Assembly (NCBI GenBank): GCA_003666325.1 | Contig: QPIL01000118.1 | Coordinates: 2,402-66,401, forward strand | From: Methylococcales symbiont of Iophon sp. n. MRB-2018 | GTDB taxonomy: Bacteria > Pseudomonadota > Gammaproteobacteria > Methylococcales > Methylomonadaceae | Length of the DNA stretch: 64,000 nucleotides | Direction: 5' to 3' | Shown here: positions 48,891 to 57,831 of the stretch, piece after piece | How the letters are laid out: each line of letters starts with the position of its first letter | Position numbering within the stretch: position 1 is the first letter of the stretch | The notes under the pieces: model-generated | The model's input: only the letters and a program-made list of their open reading frames with translations | The model's database searches: none | What the model was told of the DNA's origin: nothing | Program-made: the position numbers and the translations under genes

Positions 48891-50345
48891 TTAGTTAAAA
48901 AGGCTAAAGAAAAAAGATTCATTAATAGCAGGCGTTGCAACTACGGGGACACTTTGCAGATTACCACCCAATGCTAAATATAAAGTAATACGATTTAACA
49001 AACGCTGGCTTGAAACTTGTAATAAACTACTTTGTACTTGGTAAGATCGCCTTTGTGATTCTAGCAAAGTAATCATATCAATCAGTCCTGAGCTATATTC
49101 TTCCAGTGCTAATTGTTCAGCTTCTATGGATTCATCTGCTGCTAATTGGAGTGATTTTTGTTGGCTATTGAGCAGGCGTTCTGCTGTTAAGCTTGTTTCT
49201 ACTTCAAAATAGGATCGAAGTATAACTTGAGCATAATTAGCCGCAGCCTCCATTGATTGTGCATTCGCTTGATCTTTTTCAGCAATTAAACGACCGCCTT
49301 GAAAAATAGGCTGGGTGAGGTTTCCCATGATATTCCATATTAATGTTTGGTAATTAAAAATATCCCTTAGCTGGGCAGCATTAGTGCCTCCGCTAGTAGC
49401 AAAGCTAAAAGTAGGTAACAGGTTTTTCCATGCCGATGTAAAGCGTAAATCAGCCGCAAGTAAGCGTTGCTCAGCAGCGAGCACATCGGGTCTTTTTCGC
49501 AATATAGATTCAGGAAAACCTACTGCAGTTTGTGCTTTTAACTCAGGCAGTGTATTGCTAGTTATTAATTGAGCAGCAGGATAGCGACCTAATAATATTT
49601 CCAGACTGCGTAATACATTATCATCTGTTGCTTGCCATGCATCTCGTTGACTTGTGGCAGTCGCAACATTAGCACGAGCCAGCCGCAGATCGAGTGCACT
49701 GTTAATACCGTTAACAAAACCGTCCTGAATGATTTCCCGGGTCTCATCAAAGGCTTTAACTTTTTTATTAGCTAGTTGTAATTGTTGTTTGCTTTCGATA
49801 GCTTTAAACCAGAAAGAGGCGACATTGGCAGCTAATGATAATCGTGCTGCTCTAAAGTCCATTTGAGCAGCGGAAAAATCCTGCTCAGCAGCCTCTGCAC
49901 GATTTTTTAATTTACCCCAAACATCCAATTCCCAACTTAAAATAAAATCTATTCCAAACTTATTACTCCGTGGATTACTAACGCTAAAGCCACCGGTCGA
50001 ATTGCGTTGTGACCGTGCGCCTCTTATTTCAGTTGAAAGTTGAGGTAAACGATCCGCACCATTAATTCTGGATAATGCTTTGGCACTAGAAATTCGAGCG
50101 GCGGCAGCCTTAAGATCATAGTTGTATTCAAGTGCCTCATTAATTAAATTATCTAACTGTGGATCATTAAATTCATCTAACCAAGGTTGTGGCTGTGCTG
50201 TGGATTTACTGTTTATGCTATTCCACGATGATGGCGTTTTAATAGAGTGTTTGGGAGAACGGTAATCTGCAATGGTTGTGCAGGAGGATAAATAAATAAG
50301 GCATAAAAAAGTAAGAAGAAAACGCATTTTTGTTTTAATTAACAA
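48891..50345 (-). CDS. efflux outer-membrane factor lipoprotein (NodT family)
   Basis: 484 aa with lipobox ..YLSSC.. and duplicated OEP repeats. Confidence 0.88.
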   Translation of the reverse strand: MLIKTKMRFLLTFLCLIYLSSCTTIADYRSPKHSIKTPSSWNSINSKSTAQPQPWLDEFNDPQLDNLINEALEYNYDLKAAAARISSAKALSRINGADRLPQLSTEIRGARSQRNSTGGFSVSNPRSNKFGIDFILSWELDVWGKLKNRAEAAEQDFSAAQMDFRAARLSLAANVASFWFKAIESKQQLQLANKKVKAFDETREIIQDGFVNGINSALDLRLARANVATATSQRDAWQATDDNVLRSLEILLGRYPAAQLITSNTLPELKAQTAVGFPESILRKRPDVLAAEQRLLAADLRFTSAWKNLLPTFSFATSGGTNAAQLRDIFNYQTLIWNIMGNLTQPIFQGGRLIAEKDQANAQSMEAAANYAQVILRSYFEVETSLTAERLLNSQQKSLQLAADESIEAEQLALEEYSSGLIDMITLLESQRRSYQVQSSLLQVSSQRLLNRITLYLALGGNLQSVPVVATPAINESFFFSLFN

Positions 50346-50728
50346 TGGATACTAACGGTTATCCAAATAAAATCTGTCGATCTAAAATAGTAATAACAGC
50401 ATTTTGGACATTATATAGTGTGTCGGTAGGGTGAGTATCACTTGATTTATTCATCGGCAACAAAGAATATTTGTTTATTCTTACCCCTTTGAATCATAAG
50501 ATGGAGTTGGTCTTTGATGATTAGCCTTGGTTGTCTTGGCATCGTTACTTGGGTTTTGGTGCAATAAAGGTATTGTACACAAAATCAAGTTACTCTTGTA
50601 TCTTGCCCAACTGTACAAAAACTGACCTCTCTGATTTAACCCCTTTTATTTTTATTGTTTAAAACGATCAAATACTTTGTATTATGAGAATAGGGCATTT
50701 ATTACAAATTATAGTTGACAATAGAAGT

Positions 50729-50747
50729 GATAATGATTATCATTATC
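50729..50747. promoter_or_regulatory. Fur box overlapping a sigma70-like promoter
   Basis: GATAATGATTATCATTATC matches 18/19 positions of the Fur consensus GATAATGATAATCATTATC. TTGACA is at 50715..50720, and the site lies 35 nt upstream of the first ORF of the iron locus. Confidence 0.8.
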
Positions 50748-50781
50748 ATTTGTATTAAATAAAATAATTAGGATTTAATTT

Positions 50782-51018
50782 ATGAAATCAACACCGTGCC
50801 AGACAGAAATATTATTAAACGCATCGACATGTGAAATTCAATACTGCCCTGATTGTGAAATGATTTATTTAATGATGGGTTCAATGACGCTACGGATCCC
50901 AACAGAGAATTTTAAAGAGCTAACTAAAGATTTAGGGAAAGGGCTTAACCAATTAAATGCTTATAAACGATCAGCAATCTATTTATCTGAACGACCTTTC
51001 TTCACGTTACATAGTTGA
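50782..51018 (+). CDS. small Cys-rich hypothetical protein (78 aa)
   Basis: Cys pattern C6, C17, C22-x2-C25. It is the first ORF behind the Fur box. No family recognised. Confidence 0.5.
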   Translation: MKSTPCQTEILLNASTCEIQYCPDCEMIYLMMGSMTLRIPTENFKELTKDLGKGLNQLNAYKRSAIYLSERPFFTLHS

Positions 51019-51024
51019 TATGCT

Positions 51025-51204
51025 ATGGCTGAAAAAACAATATCAAATGCGATTGTCTATCGCTTGCCTACTAAATCGACTAGACAAATAAACTATCAGT
51101 CTGGTGCTTTATTCCAAGGTGAGAAGTCAATCATTATTGAACACCAAAACGAGCATTATTTTTTGCGGATCACTAAAAGCGAAAAGCTAATTTTAACCAA
51201 ATAA
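51025..51204 (+). CDS. hemP: HemP/HmuP-type hemin uptake protein
   Basis: 59-aa ORF not in the supplied track. The C-terminus ..IIIEHQNEHYFLRITKSEKLILTK matches the HemP signature (I.H.G..Y.LR.T..GKLILTK). Confidence 0.7.
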   Translation: MAEKTISNAIVYRLPTKSTRQINYQSGALFQGEKSIIIEHQNEHYFLRITKSEKLILTK

Positions 51205-51302
51205 TTTTATAAACATATTACATTTTCCAAAGCCAGCCAAGACATTTTAATATGTCACTAGCAAGTCATGGAGTGTAGTTTCAAACTTTAAGGCGAAACT
51301 TC

Positions 51303-53462
51303 ATGCACAAAACAAAACTTTCAATTTTACTCCTTAGTACATTAAACCTACCTTTAGCAAATGCTAATGATGATATTTTAATGGTAAAACTCGACACAAT
51401 GGTCGTGTCTGGATCTAGAACAGAAAAAATATTATTGGACGTGCCAGTCAGTATATCGGTGATTACCCAAGAAGACATTCAACGTAGTGGTGCTGAGCAA
51501 GTCGGCGAGTTATTACGCGATATTCCAGGTGTAACAATTACCGATACTTCTGTCGCTGGTGCAAAACGAGTGCGTATTCGGGGTGAAGTTGGCTCAAACG
51601 TTTTAATTCTTATTGATGGTCAAGAAATCTCAGAACAGCGTTCGTCTCATGGTGCTGCTCCCTTATTGGTTGACTACAATATTATCGAACGGATTGAAGT
51701 TGTAAAAGGACCAGCATCAGTGTTGTATGGTTCTAAAGCGATTGGCGGTGTGGTTAATATATTCACTAAAAAAGGTGGGGATCGTGCTATCCAAGCTGCA
51801 TTAAATGCTTCTTACAATAGCTCCACTAATGGCTTTGACACTAATGCTCAGCTTTATGGGTCGGCTAATAATTTTGATTATAGGCTTTCGGTTAGCCGAG
51901 CAGAACATGGTGATAGAAAAGTGCCTGATGGCACGGATGACAACATTGCTTATAACAATAAGGATGGGGTATTAGAAAACTCTTCTTTTGATAATAGCAA
52001 TGTTAATGCTTATCTAGCTTATAACATGGATAAGCTCACTATTGGTGGTCGATTAGAGAGTTACAAAGCTGATACAGAATCACATACTTATAACGGCATT
52101 ATTGAAGACGGTTTAGAGGGTTTTCAGCTTGATTTACCAAAACGGGATCGTAAAAAGGCAAGTGTTTTTCTTGAGGCTAATGAGGTAACTGAAAACTTGG
52201 TAAAAATGCGCTTAGATGCATTTCATCAGGTAAGAGATCGTGATTTTTTACAAGATTTATTAGTGAATGTGCCTAATTTTGCAGGCCCTGGTTCTAATTT
52301 GTCGATAGATCTAGATTTGAATACCGTGTTTAAACAGAAAAACTCGGGTTTGCAAGCTCAATTTGATTTGGTATTTCATCCCGATCATTACATCGTCTCT
52401 GGTTTTGACTACAGCTATGACAAGATGAAATCCAATGTGATGACGGTAAACAAAACGACGTTTACAGGTGTACCCTTCCCATCACCACCGCTTTCTGTAA
52501 CAGACACAACGGTAGAATCTCATCAAGAAACAAAGGCGATTTATCTGCAAGATGAATGGTCGTTAAATGATGATATGACAATCACAGCAGGTATACGCCA
52601 AACATGGGTAGATACAGAGTTAGATAAAGAAAATAGTAGTGTTCTAAATAAGATAGACACAAGCGAGTCGCGTGCAGTAGGCAGTTTAGCTTTTGTCTAT
52701 TCAGGCATAGAAAATACGGCGATTAGAGCAGGCTGGTCACAAGGGTTTCGTGTACCGGCATTGCTAGAGCTGTTAGAAGGCACACCGCACGGTGGCTCAG
52801 GTGTATTACATGCTAATCCAGGCCTTGACCCTGAAACATCAAATAGTTATGAAATAGGTTTACGGTTCGATAAGCAACAATTTACCTTTGATGGCGCAGT
52901 TTTCTATACCAAGGCTAAAGATTATATTGCCACGATAAGTTGTTCATCAACAGTTTCGTGTCCAGCTAATTTTGGAAACAGAGATACACAATATACCAAT
53001 GTCAACGGTGCTAATACCTTTGGTATAGAGCTATTCAGTGCTTATCAATTCACTGATTCAATCTTTTCCATTTACAGCAATCTGACTTATTTGAGACGAA
53101 AGTTTGAGTTCACTGAATTTTCGACCTACCAAACAGGACATCCAGATTTTGAAGGTCGGATAGGCTTAGAAATGGCAACAACATATAACAATATAGATTA
53201 TTGGAGTGATCTATATATGCGTGGTGCGATTGATGCGGATAATGAATCACCAGACAGTAGCGCGCCATCAGGTAAAGACACTGAACATTATGACGGCTGG
53301 GCAACATTGAATTTATCAATGGGTGCAGATATTAATGCAAAAAACCCACTTAATATCTCCTTATACCTCAATAATATCTTTGATAAAACCTACACACCAT
53401 CACAAGAGAGTCTGATCGCACCAGGACGACACTTTATTGTGAAGGCAGGTATTAAGTTTTAA
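51303..53462 (+). CDS. TonB-dependent outer-membrane receptor (haem/siderophore class)
   Basis: 719 aa with a signal peptide, TonB box region ..DTMVVSGSR.. and plug ..VEVVKGPASVLYGS.AIGGVVNI... The C-terminal beta-barrel ends ..FIVKAGIKF. Confidence 0.9.
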   Translation: MHKTKLSILLLSTLNLPLANANDDILMVKLDTMVVSGSRTEKILLDVPVSISVITQEDIQRSGAEQVGELLRDIPGVTITDTSVAGAKRVRIRGEVGSNVLILIDGQEISEQRSSHGAAPLLVDYNIIERIEVVKGPASVLYGSKAIGGVVNIFTKKGGDRAIQAALNASYNSSTNGFDTNAQLYGSANNFDYRLSVSRAEHGDRKVPDGTDDNIAYNNKDGVLENSSFDNSNVNAYLAYNMDKLTIGGRLESYKADTESHTYNGIIEDGLEGFQLDLPKRDRKKASVFLEANEVTENLVKMRLDAFHQVRDRDFLQDLLVNVPNFAGPGSNLSIDLDLNTVFKQKNSGLQAQFDLVFHPDHYIVSGFDYSYDKMKSNVMTVNKTTFTGVPFPSPPLSVTDTTVESHQETKAIYLQDEWSLNDDMTITAGIRQTWVDTELDKENSSVLNKIDTSESRAVGSLAFVYSGIENTAIRAGWSQGFRVPALLELLEGTPHGGSGVLHANPGLDPETSNSYEIGLRFDKQQFTFDGAVFYTKAKDYIATISCSSTVSCPANFGNRDTQYTNVNGANTFGIELFSAYQFTDSIFSIYSNLTYLRRKFEFTEFSTYQTGHPDFEGRIGLEMATTYNNIDYWSDLYMRGAIDADNESPDSSAPSGKDTEHYDGWATLNLSMGADINAKNPLNISLYLNNIFDKTYTPSQESLIAPGRHFIVKAGIKF

Positions 53463-53504
53463 AGAGGATTGAAGGAGAAATTAGCACTAAAGGGTCGGAG
53501 TGAC

Positions 53505-53648
53505 GTGTATTGCACAACATCGACACAACAAATAATAAGAGATGAAAAATAATGAATAAATCAGTTTTAAAACAAGTTCTTTCGACATTGATATTTTTGC
53601 TAGCGTTAGCAGGGTGTTCAGACTCCGACAAAGTAGCTGTAGAACAAG
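53505..53648 (+). repeat. 144-bp duplicate (B1) of the leader plus first 32 codons of the 54281 lipoprotein gene
   Basis: 143/144 identical to 54234..54377. It generates a 44-codon chimeric ORF, 53552..53686. Confidence 0.9.
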
Positions 53649-53649
53649 T

Positions 53650-53735
53650 ACCTACACACCATCACAAGAGAGCTTGTTCGTACTAAGCCGACACTTTGTT
53701 GTGAAGGGCAGTATTAAGTTTTAAAGAAGATTGAA
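53650..53735 (+). pseudogene. 86-bp diverged duplicate (A') of the TonB-receptor 3' end
   Basis: Aligns with 53388..53473 (..tacacaccatcacaagagag..gtgaagg.cagtattaagttttaaaga.gattgaa) with about 10 mismatches. Confidence 0.85.
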
Positions 53736-53902
53736 TGATGCGTCAATTAATACCATTAGACATTTCTGATAATCCTCAGAAACAGCGACAAAAAGGTGGA
53801 AGTATAAGCAAATATTTCCACCAGAAGATATTGGTAGCAAAATAGCCACGCTTTAGTGCAATCTTTAGCGCATAAACCACGATTTGTTGGAGGTTTATAA
53901 AG

Positions 53903-54232
53903 GTGAATACAGCTTTTCTTTTAGTCCTGCTCACCTTGGGTGATGTGGGACAAATAAATGCCGCTTTTGTGAATACTAAAAGCCTTATTGCTTGCCAGAC
54001 TAAAGGAAAAATGCTGGGTGTGGTTATTTCTGCATCAGGCACCGAGATAGTAAAAAATAGCTGTTTTAAAAGTGACCTAATGCTTTCTAAATTTTCCCAT
54101 AGTCAAGCAGAGAAAAAAAAGGCGCGTACTAGCTATCTTATTGTAATGGAGGAGCAAGATATTGAAATAAGAGAATCCAAAAACAGAATGTATTGTTATC
54201 AAAGAAAAGATGGCATTAAATGGCAAAGATGA
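53903..54232 (+). CDS. hypothetical ORF within the inserted segment (109 aa, GTG start)
   Basis: ORF-level support only. It overlaps an antisense ORF (53776..54042) of similar size. The N-terminus is signal-peptide-like. Confidence 0.3.
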   Translation: MNTAFLLVLLTLGDVGQINAAFVNTKSLIACQTKGKMLGVVISASGTEIVKNSCFKSDLMLSKFSHSQAEKKKARTSYLIVMEEQDIEIRESKNRMYCYQRKDGIKWQR

Positions 54233-54280
54233 GGTGTATTGCACAACATCGACACAACAAATAATAAGAGATGAAAAATA

Positions 54281-55204
54281 ATGAATAAATCAGTTTTAAA
54301 ACAAGTTCTTTCGACATTGATATTTTTGCTAGCGTTAGCAGGGTGTTCAGACTCCGATAAAGTAGCTGTAGAACAAGCAGAAAATGGTGTAAAAAAAATA
54401 GGCATACTATTGGTCAATCACGGTTCAGTATCTGAAAAATGGCGAGATATGCTGACCGATGTTGATAGTGCTGTGCGAGATGAATTATTGGCTAATCCAA
54501 AAATTGGTGATGTTAAAACCGCCTTTATGGAATATACCGAGCCTTCTATTGCCACACAAATGAAAGCCTTTGATAAGGCTGGTTATGATGAAGTGGTGCT
54601 GGTGCCGCTTTTTCTAACGGTGAGCAGCCATTCTTTGACAGATATTCCTACTATTTTAGGAATAAATGCAGACCCAAAAGTGATTGCAACATTGGCTAAA
54701 GAAAAAATTGAAGTCTATCGGGCAAAAGCACGGGTAACGATTACACCTAATTTAGATTTTACAACCTTGCTTAAAAAGAATGTGCTGCGTCGAGTAAAAG
54801 CATTAAGTGATGGTTCAGGCAATGAGGGACTTGTTCTAGTTGCCTATGGAGACAAGGATTACAACCAGCAGTGGGAAGAAATGATGGATGAAATTGGTCG
54901 GTTCTTAAAGATAAAATTAGATATGGATACGGTTGCTTATGCTTGGTGTGGTCACTTGGTTAATTATTCAACAGAGCCGACTGAAAAGGCGATTGAGCAA
55001 GTTTTTGAATTGGAAGATAAAGTGTTGGTTGTGCCACTATTAGTCGCTTTTGACCCTTATTTTCAGATAGAAATAATCGAAACAGCAACCAAAAATGTTA
55101 AAAACTCACAAAATGTAATTTATAAACCTGACGCTATTCTGCCCGATGATAATTTAAACGACTGGGTAGTAGATATTACCAATCAAGTGGTATCGACTAT
55201 TTAA
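54281..55204 (+). CDS. lipoprotein with class II (CbiX/CbiK/SirB-type) chelatase fold
   Basis: Lipobox LLALAGC. ..GILLVNHGS.. and ..EVVLVPLFLTVSSHSLTDIP.., then ..LVLVAYGD.. and ..VLVVPLLVAF.., mirror the two-lobed CbiX/CbiK pattern. Confidence 0.65.
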   Translation: MNKSVLKQVLSTLIFLLALAGCSDSDKVAVEQAENGVKKIGILLVNHGSVSEKWRDMLTDVDSAVRDELLANPKIGDVKTAFMEYTEPSIATQMKAFDKAGYDEVVLVPLFLTVSSHSLTDIPTILGINADPKVIATLAKEKIEVYRAKARVTITPNLDFTTLLKKNVLRRVKALSDGSGNEGLVLVAYGDKDYNQQWEEMMDEIGRFLKIKLDMDTVAYAWCGHLVNYSTEPTEKAIEQVFELEDKVLVVPLLVAFDPYFQIEIIETATKNVKNSQNVIYKPDAILPDDNLNDWVVDITNQVVSTI

Positions 55205-55214
55205 GACGCTCAGC

Positions 55215-56693
55215 ATGATTACTCCTCTTAATGCTAATAAGCAGTGGAAACGGTTTGCCGTCACATTGCTTGTTGGTATTATTTTTTTCTGGTTTTGGTC
55301 ACAAGGACCTTTCAATAAACCCGTGCAGTTAATCAATTTAGTAGAAAATAAATCAGAATTTCTGACCCCTATTTTTATTCAAGATAATACTGAGATCCCG
55401 CAAAAAACATTTGCCTTACTTTCATCGAATAAAACGGAAAATACAGGTATCAGCCCCTATAAATTGGTCGGTCAGAAAAACATGACAAAATCTTATGGTT
55501 TGATTGCCGACCCCCATTACCAACCGTCAATGTTTGCAGAAGTCGGTGAGGCAATACATCAACGTGCAAAACTATTTAATTCATCACTTACAGCAATATT
55601 AAAACCAGCTTTGGATATGTTCTATATAGAGCAAGGTAATGTTGAAGGCAAGTTTTCAGGTTTATATATAGAAAGCACAGGATTAACTGAGCATATAAAA
55701 GGCTATGCCGGTGCAATTACACTAGGGATAAGTATTTCACCACAAGGTAAAATCAATAAAGTTCATTATATTGCTTCACAAGAAACTAGCAGTTATCTAC
55801 GTCAAATAGAGAATGCAGGATTTTATCAACAGTTTTCAGGAGTAGACCTTGATGGTAATACTCATCAAATAGATGCAGTATCAGGGGCAACGATTAGCAC
55901 TCAGGCAATGGCCAAAACGGTGACGGAGCTGTTAGATAAAGCAGCAGAATCACCTTTGTCTCTTTATATGGATGAGGATACAGAAAACACACGTATTGAT
56001 GCTCTACTCACTAATGAGTGGATTATTCAAATAGTTGTTATTACACTGATATTTAGTTATTTTTGGCAACCTTGGATAACAAGAACACGTAGCAGAACAA
56101 CAGTTGTAATGTTGCTTTCGGCTTTGTATATTGGCTTCTATCTGAATAATTCCTTTACCTATATCTCGTTATTACATCCATTTTTAGGTGTTACAGTTTC
56201 TCTATTAGTAGGTTTTTATTGTGCTTTAGTCTTACTCGCTGCAATTTGGAATAATAATACCTACTGTAAATTCGTTTGTCCTTATGGCAATGTACAGCGC
56301 TTGATAACACGTATGATGCCGAATTTACGGCAGTCATTTTTTGTTTCATCACGCTGGGTAAAGCGGGTAAGAACAGTGTTAACTTTAGTGATTGTAATAG
56401 CTGTCATTATTGGGAAAACCCAATGGGCTAGTTATGAATTATTTCCGGATCTATTTGGCTTGGAAGTACTCTCTTTCTGGTTTTATATTGCGCTTGCAAC
56501 TATTCTGATAGCAAGTATTTACCCAATGATTTGGTGTCGATTACTTTGCCCAACGGGAGAAGTTTTAGATTGGCTTAGTGAACTTGCTTCACCAACACGG
56601 ATTAAAAATAAACCTCAACCCAAGAAGTATTCAATTAGTTGTATAAAGTGTGCATCTAGTGAGTGTATCAGTAATAGGATAGATAATTTATGA
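55215..56693 (+). CDS. membrane redox protein: periplasmic FMN-binding domain plus NapH/NosR-like CX3CP polytopic domain
   Basis: The FMN_bind signature ..IDAVSGATISTQAM.. is followed by about 5 TM segments with CKFVCPYG and WCRLLCPTGE (CX3CP motifs as in NapH/NosR). Confidence 0.7.
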   Translation: MITPLNANKQWKRFAVTLLVGIIFFWFWSQGPFNKPVQLINLVENKSEFLTPIFIQDNTEIPQKTFALLSSNKTENTGISPYKLVGQKNMTKSYGLIADPHYQPSMFAEVGEAIHQRAKLFNSSLTAILKPALDMFYIEQGNVEGKFSGLYIESTGLTEHIKGYAGAITLGISISPQGKINKVHYIASQETSSYLRQIENAGFYQQFSGVDLDGNTHQIDAVSGATISTQAMAKTVTELLDKAAESPLSLYMDEDTENTRIDALLTNEWIIQIVVITLIFSYFWQPWITRTRSRTTVVMLLSALYIGFYLNNSFTYISLLHPFLGVTVSLLVGFYCALVLLAAIWNNNTYCKFVCPYGNVQRLITRMMPNLRQSFFVSSRWVKRVRTVLTLVIVIAVIIGKTQWASYELFPDLFGLEVLSFWFYIALATILIASIYPMIWCRLLCPTGEVLDWLSELASPTRIKNKPQPKKYSISCIKCASSECISNRIDNL

Positions 56694-56873
56694 CAAAATC
56701 AAAGGGGCGAGCATTACTTGATTTTTTAGACAAACTTAGCGTTAAAAATATTGCAAGTAACGAGCATTAAGCAACCAGGATCTGTTACAGCAAGAGCATT
56801 TGAAAGTATCACGCCGTTTTACTGGTCGGATGATTTGCGACCTTAGCCACAAAAAACTAGAATAGCTTCTGTT

Positions 56874-56891
56874 CATTAATGTACATTAATG
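56874..56891. promoter_or_regulatory. putative operator: tandem palindromes CATTAATG-ta-CATTAATG
   Basis: Two identical self-complementary octamers 10 bp apart lie immediately upstream of the antitoxin start. Confidence 0.5.
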
Positions 56892-56900
56892 GTGAGAATC

Positions 56901-57134
56901 ATGAGAAGCGTGACCTTCACAGAGTTCAGAAAAAATGCGTCAGCATTATTATCTGCCGTAGAAGAGGGTGAAATAATACAAGTTATCAGACATGGTAAGC
57001 CGATAGCAGAAATATCACCTTGCAAAGACACTACCAATCAATTTCCCTCTTGGAAGAAAAAAAGAATAAAGAAATCTATTAAGGGAGAAGAATTATCATC
57101 AATGATACTCAATGAAAGAGAATCTGCACAATGA
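56901..57134 (+). CDS. Phd/YefM-family antitoxin
   Basis: MRSVTFTEFRKNASALLSAVEEGEIIQVIRHGKPIAEISP is the typical Phd/YefM N-terminus. There is a 4-nt ATGA overlap with the PIN gene. An alternative start is at 56889. Confidence 0.8.
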   Translation: MRSVTFTEFRKNASALLSAVEEGEIIQVIRHGKPIAEISPCKDTTNQFPSWKKKRIKKSIKGEELSSMILNERESAQ

Positions 57135-57579
57135 GAGTGTTTTTTGACACATCTTCATTTGTAAAAAGATTTGTAGAAGAAGTGGGCAGCAAACAAGCTG
57201 ATGATATTACACAAAAATCATCAGCAATAGGTTTAAGTATTATCTGTTTTCCTGAGATAATATCAGCACTCAATAGAAAATTAAGGTCAGAATTTATAAC
57301 GGAAGAAACATATTTGGATCTAAAAAGTAATATTTTAGAGGATATAGAAGATGCCGATATAATTAACTTAACGCCAAGTGTATTAAAAAAACAACAGAAC
57401 TACTCGAAGTAAATATCTTGCGGTCATTAGATGCTATTCATATAGCCTGTGCCTTAGAATGGCAATCAGAGTTGTTTGTATCATCGGATAAAAGGCAAGT
57501 AACAGCTGCAATTAAATCTGGATTAAAAGTTGAATTTATAGAAGGATTTAAACCAAAAAGACAAAAAAGTATAAATTAG
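57131..57579 (+). pseudogene. vapC: VapC (PIN-domain) toxin gene interrupted by a frameshift in an A7 run
   Basis: The N-terminal part MRVFFDTSSFVKRF.. has the PIN Asp. The C-terminal part ..LRSLDAIHIACAL..FVSSDKRQ.. continues in the +2 frame after A7 at 57385..57391. An A8 run would give an intact 149-aa ORF. Confidence 0.75.
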
Positions 57580-57609
57580 TGTCCAGTTTATGGGGGGAGC
57601 TTTAGCTTA

Positions 57610-57695
57610 CTTTTTTCTTGTTGGATTAAAGAGTGGTTAATATACTTTTTTTATCGACTAACGAGTGCTGTACTTATGATGTAAATCCAAGGTTT
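57610..57695 (+). repeat. ~86-bp direct repeat, copy A (upstream of mnmA)
   Basis: c(t)nctt..ggattaaagagtggttaatatac..tttt.cgacta.cgagtg.tg.acttatgatgtaaat.caagg.tt recurs at 61341..61437. Confidence 0.8.
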
Positions 57696-57831
57696 AAAAA
57701 TTCATTTTAACCATCTAACTATCCATCTTTAAGCTGAATAATGGCTGGGTTATTTTTTCCAATTGCCGTAGTATTGATGCCTACTTGGCAAATGAACACA
57801 CTCTTATCTGCTTTAAAATCGTATCTGTATT

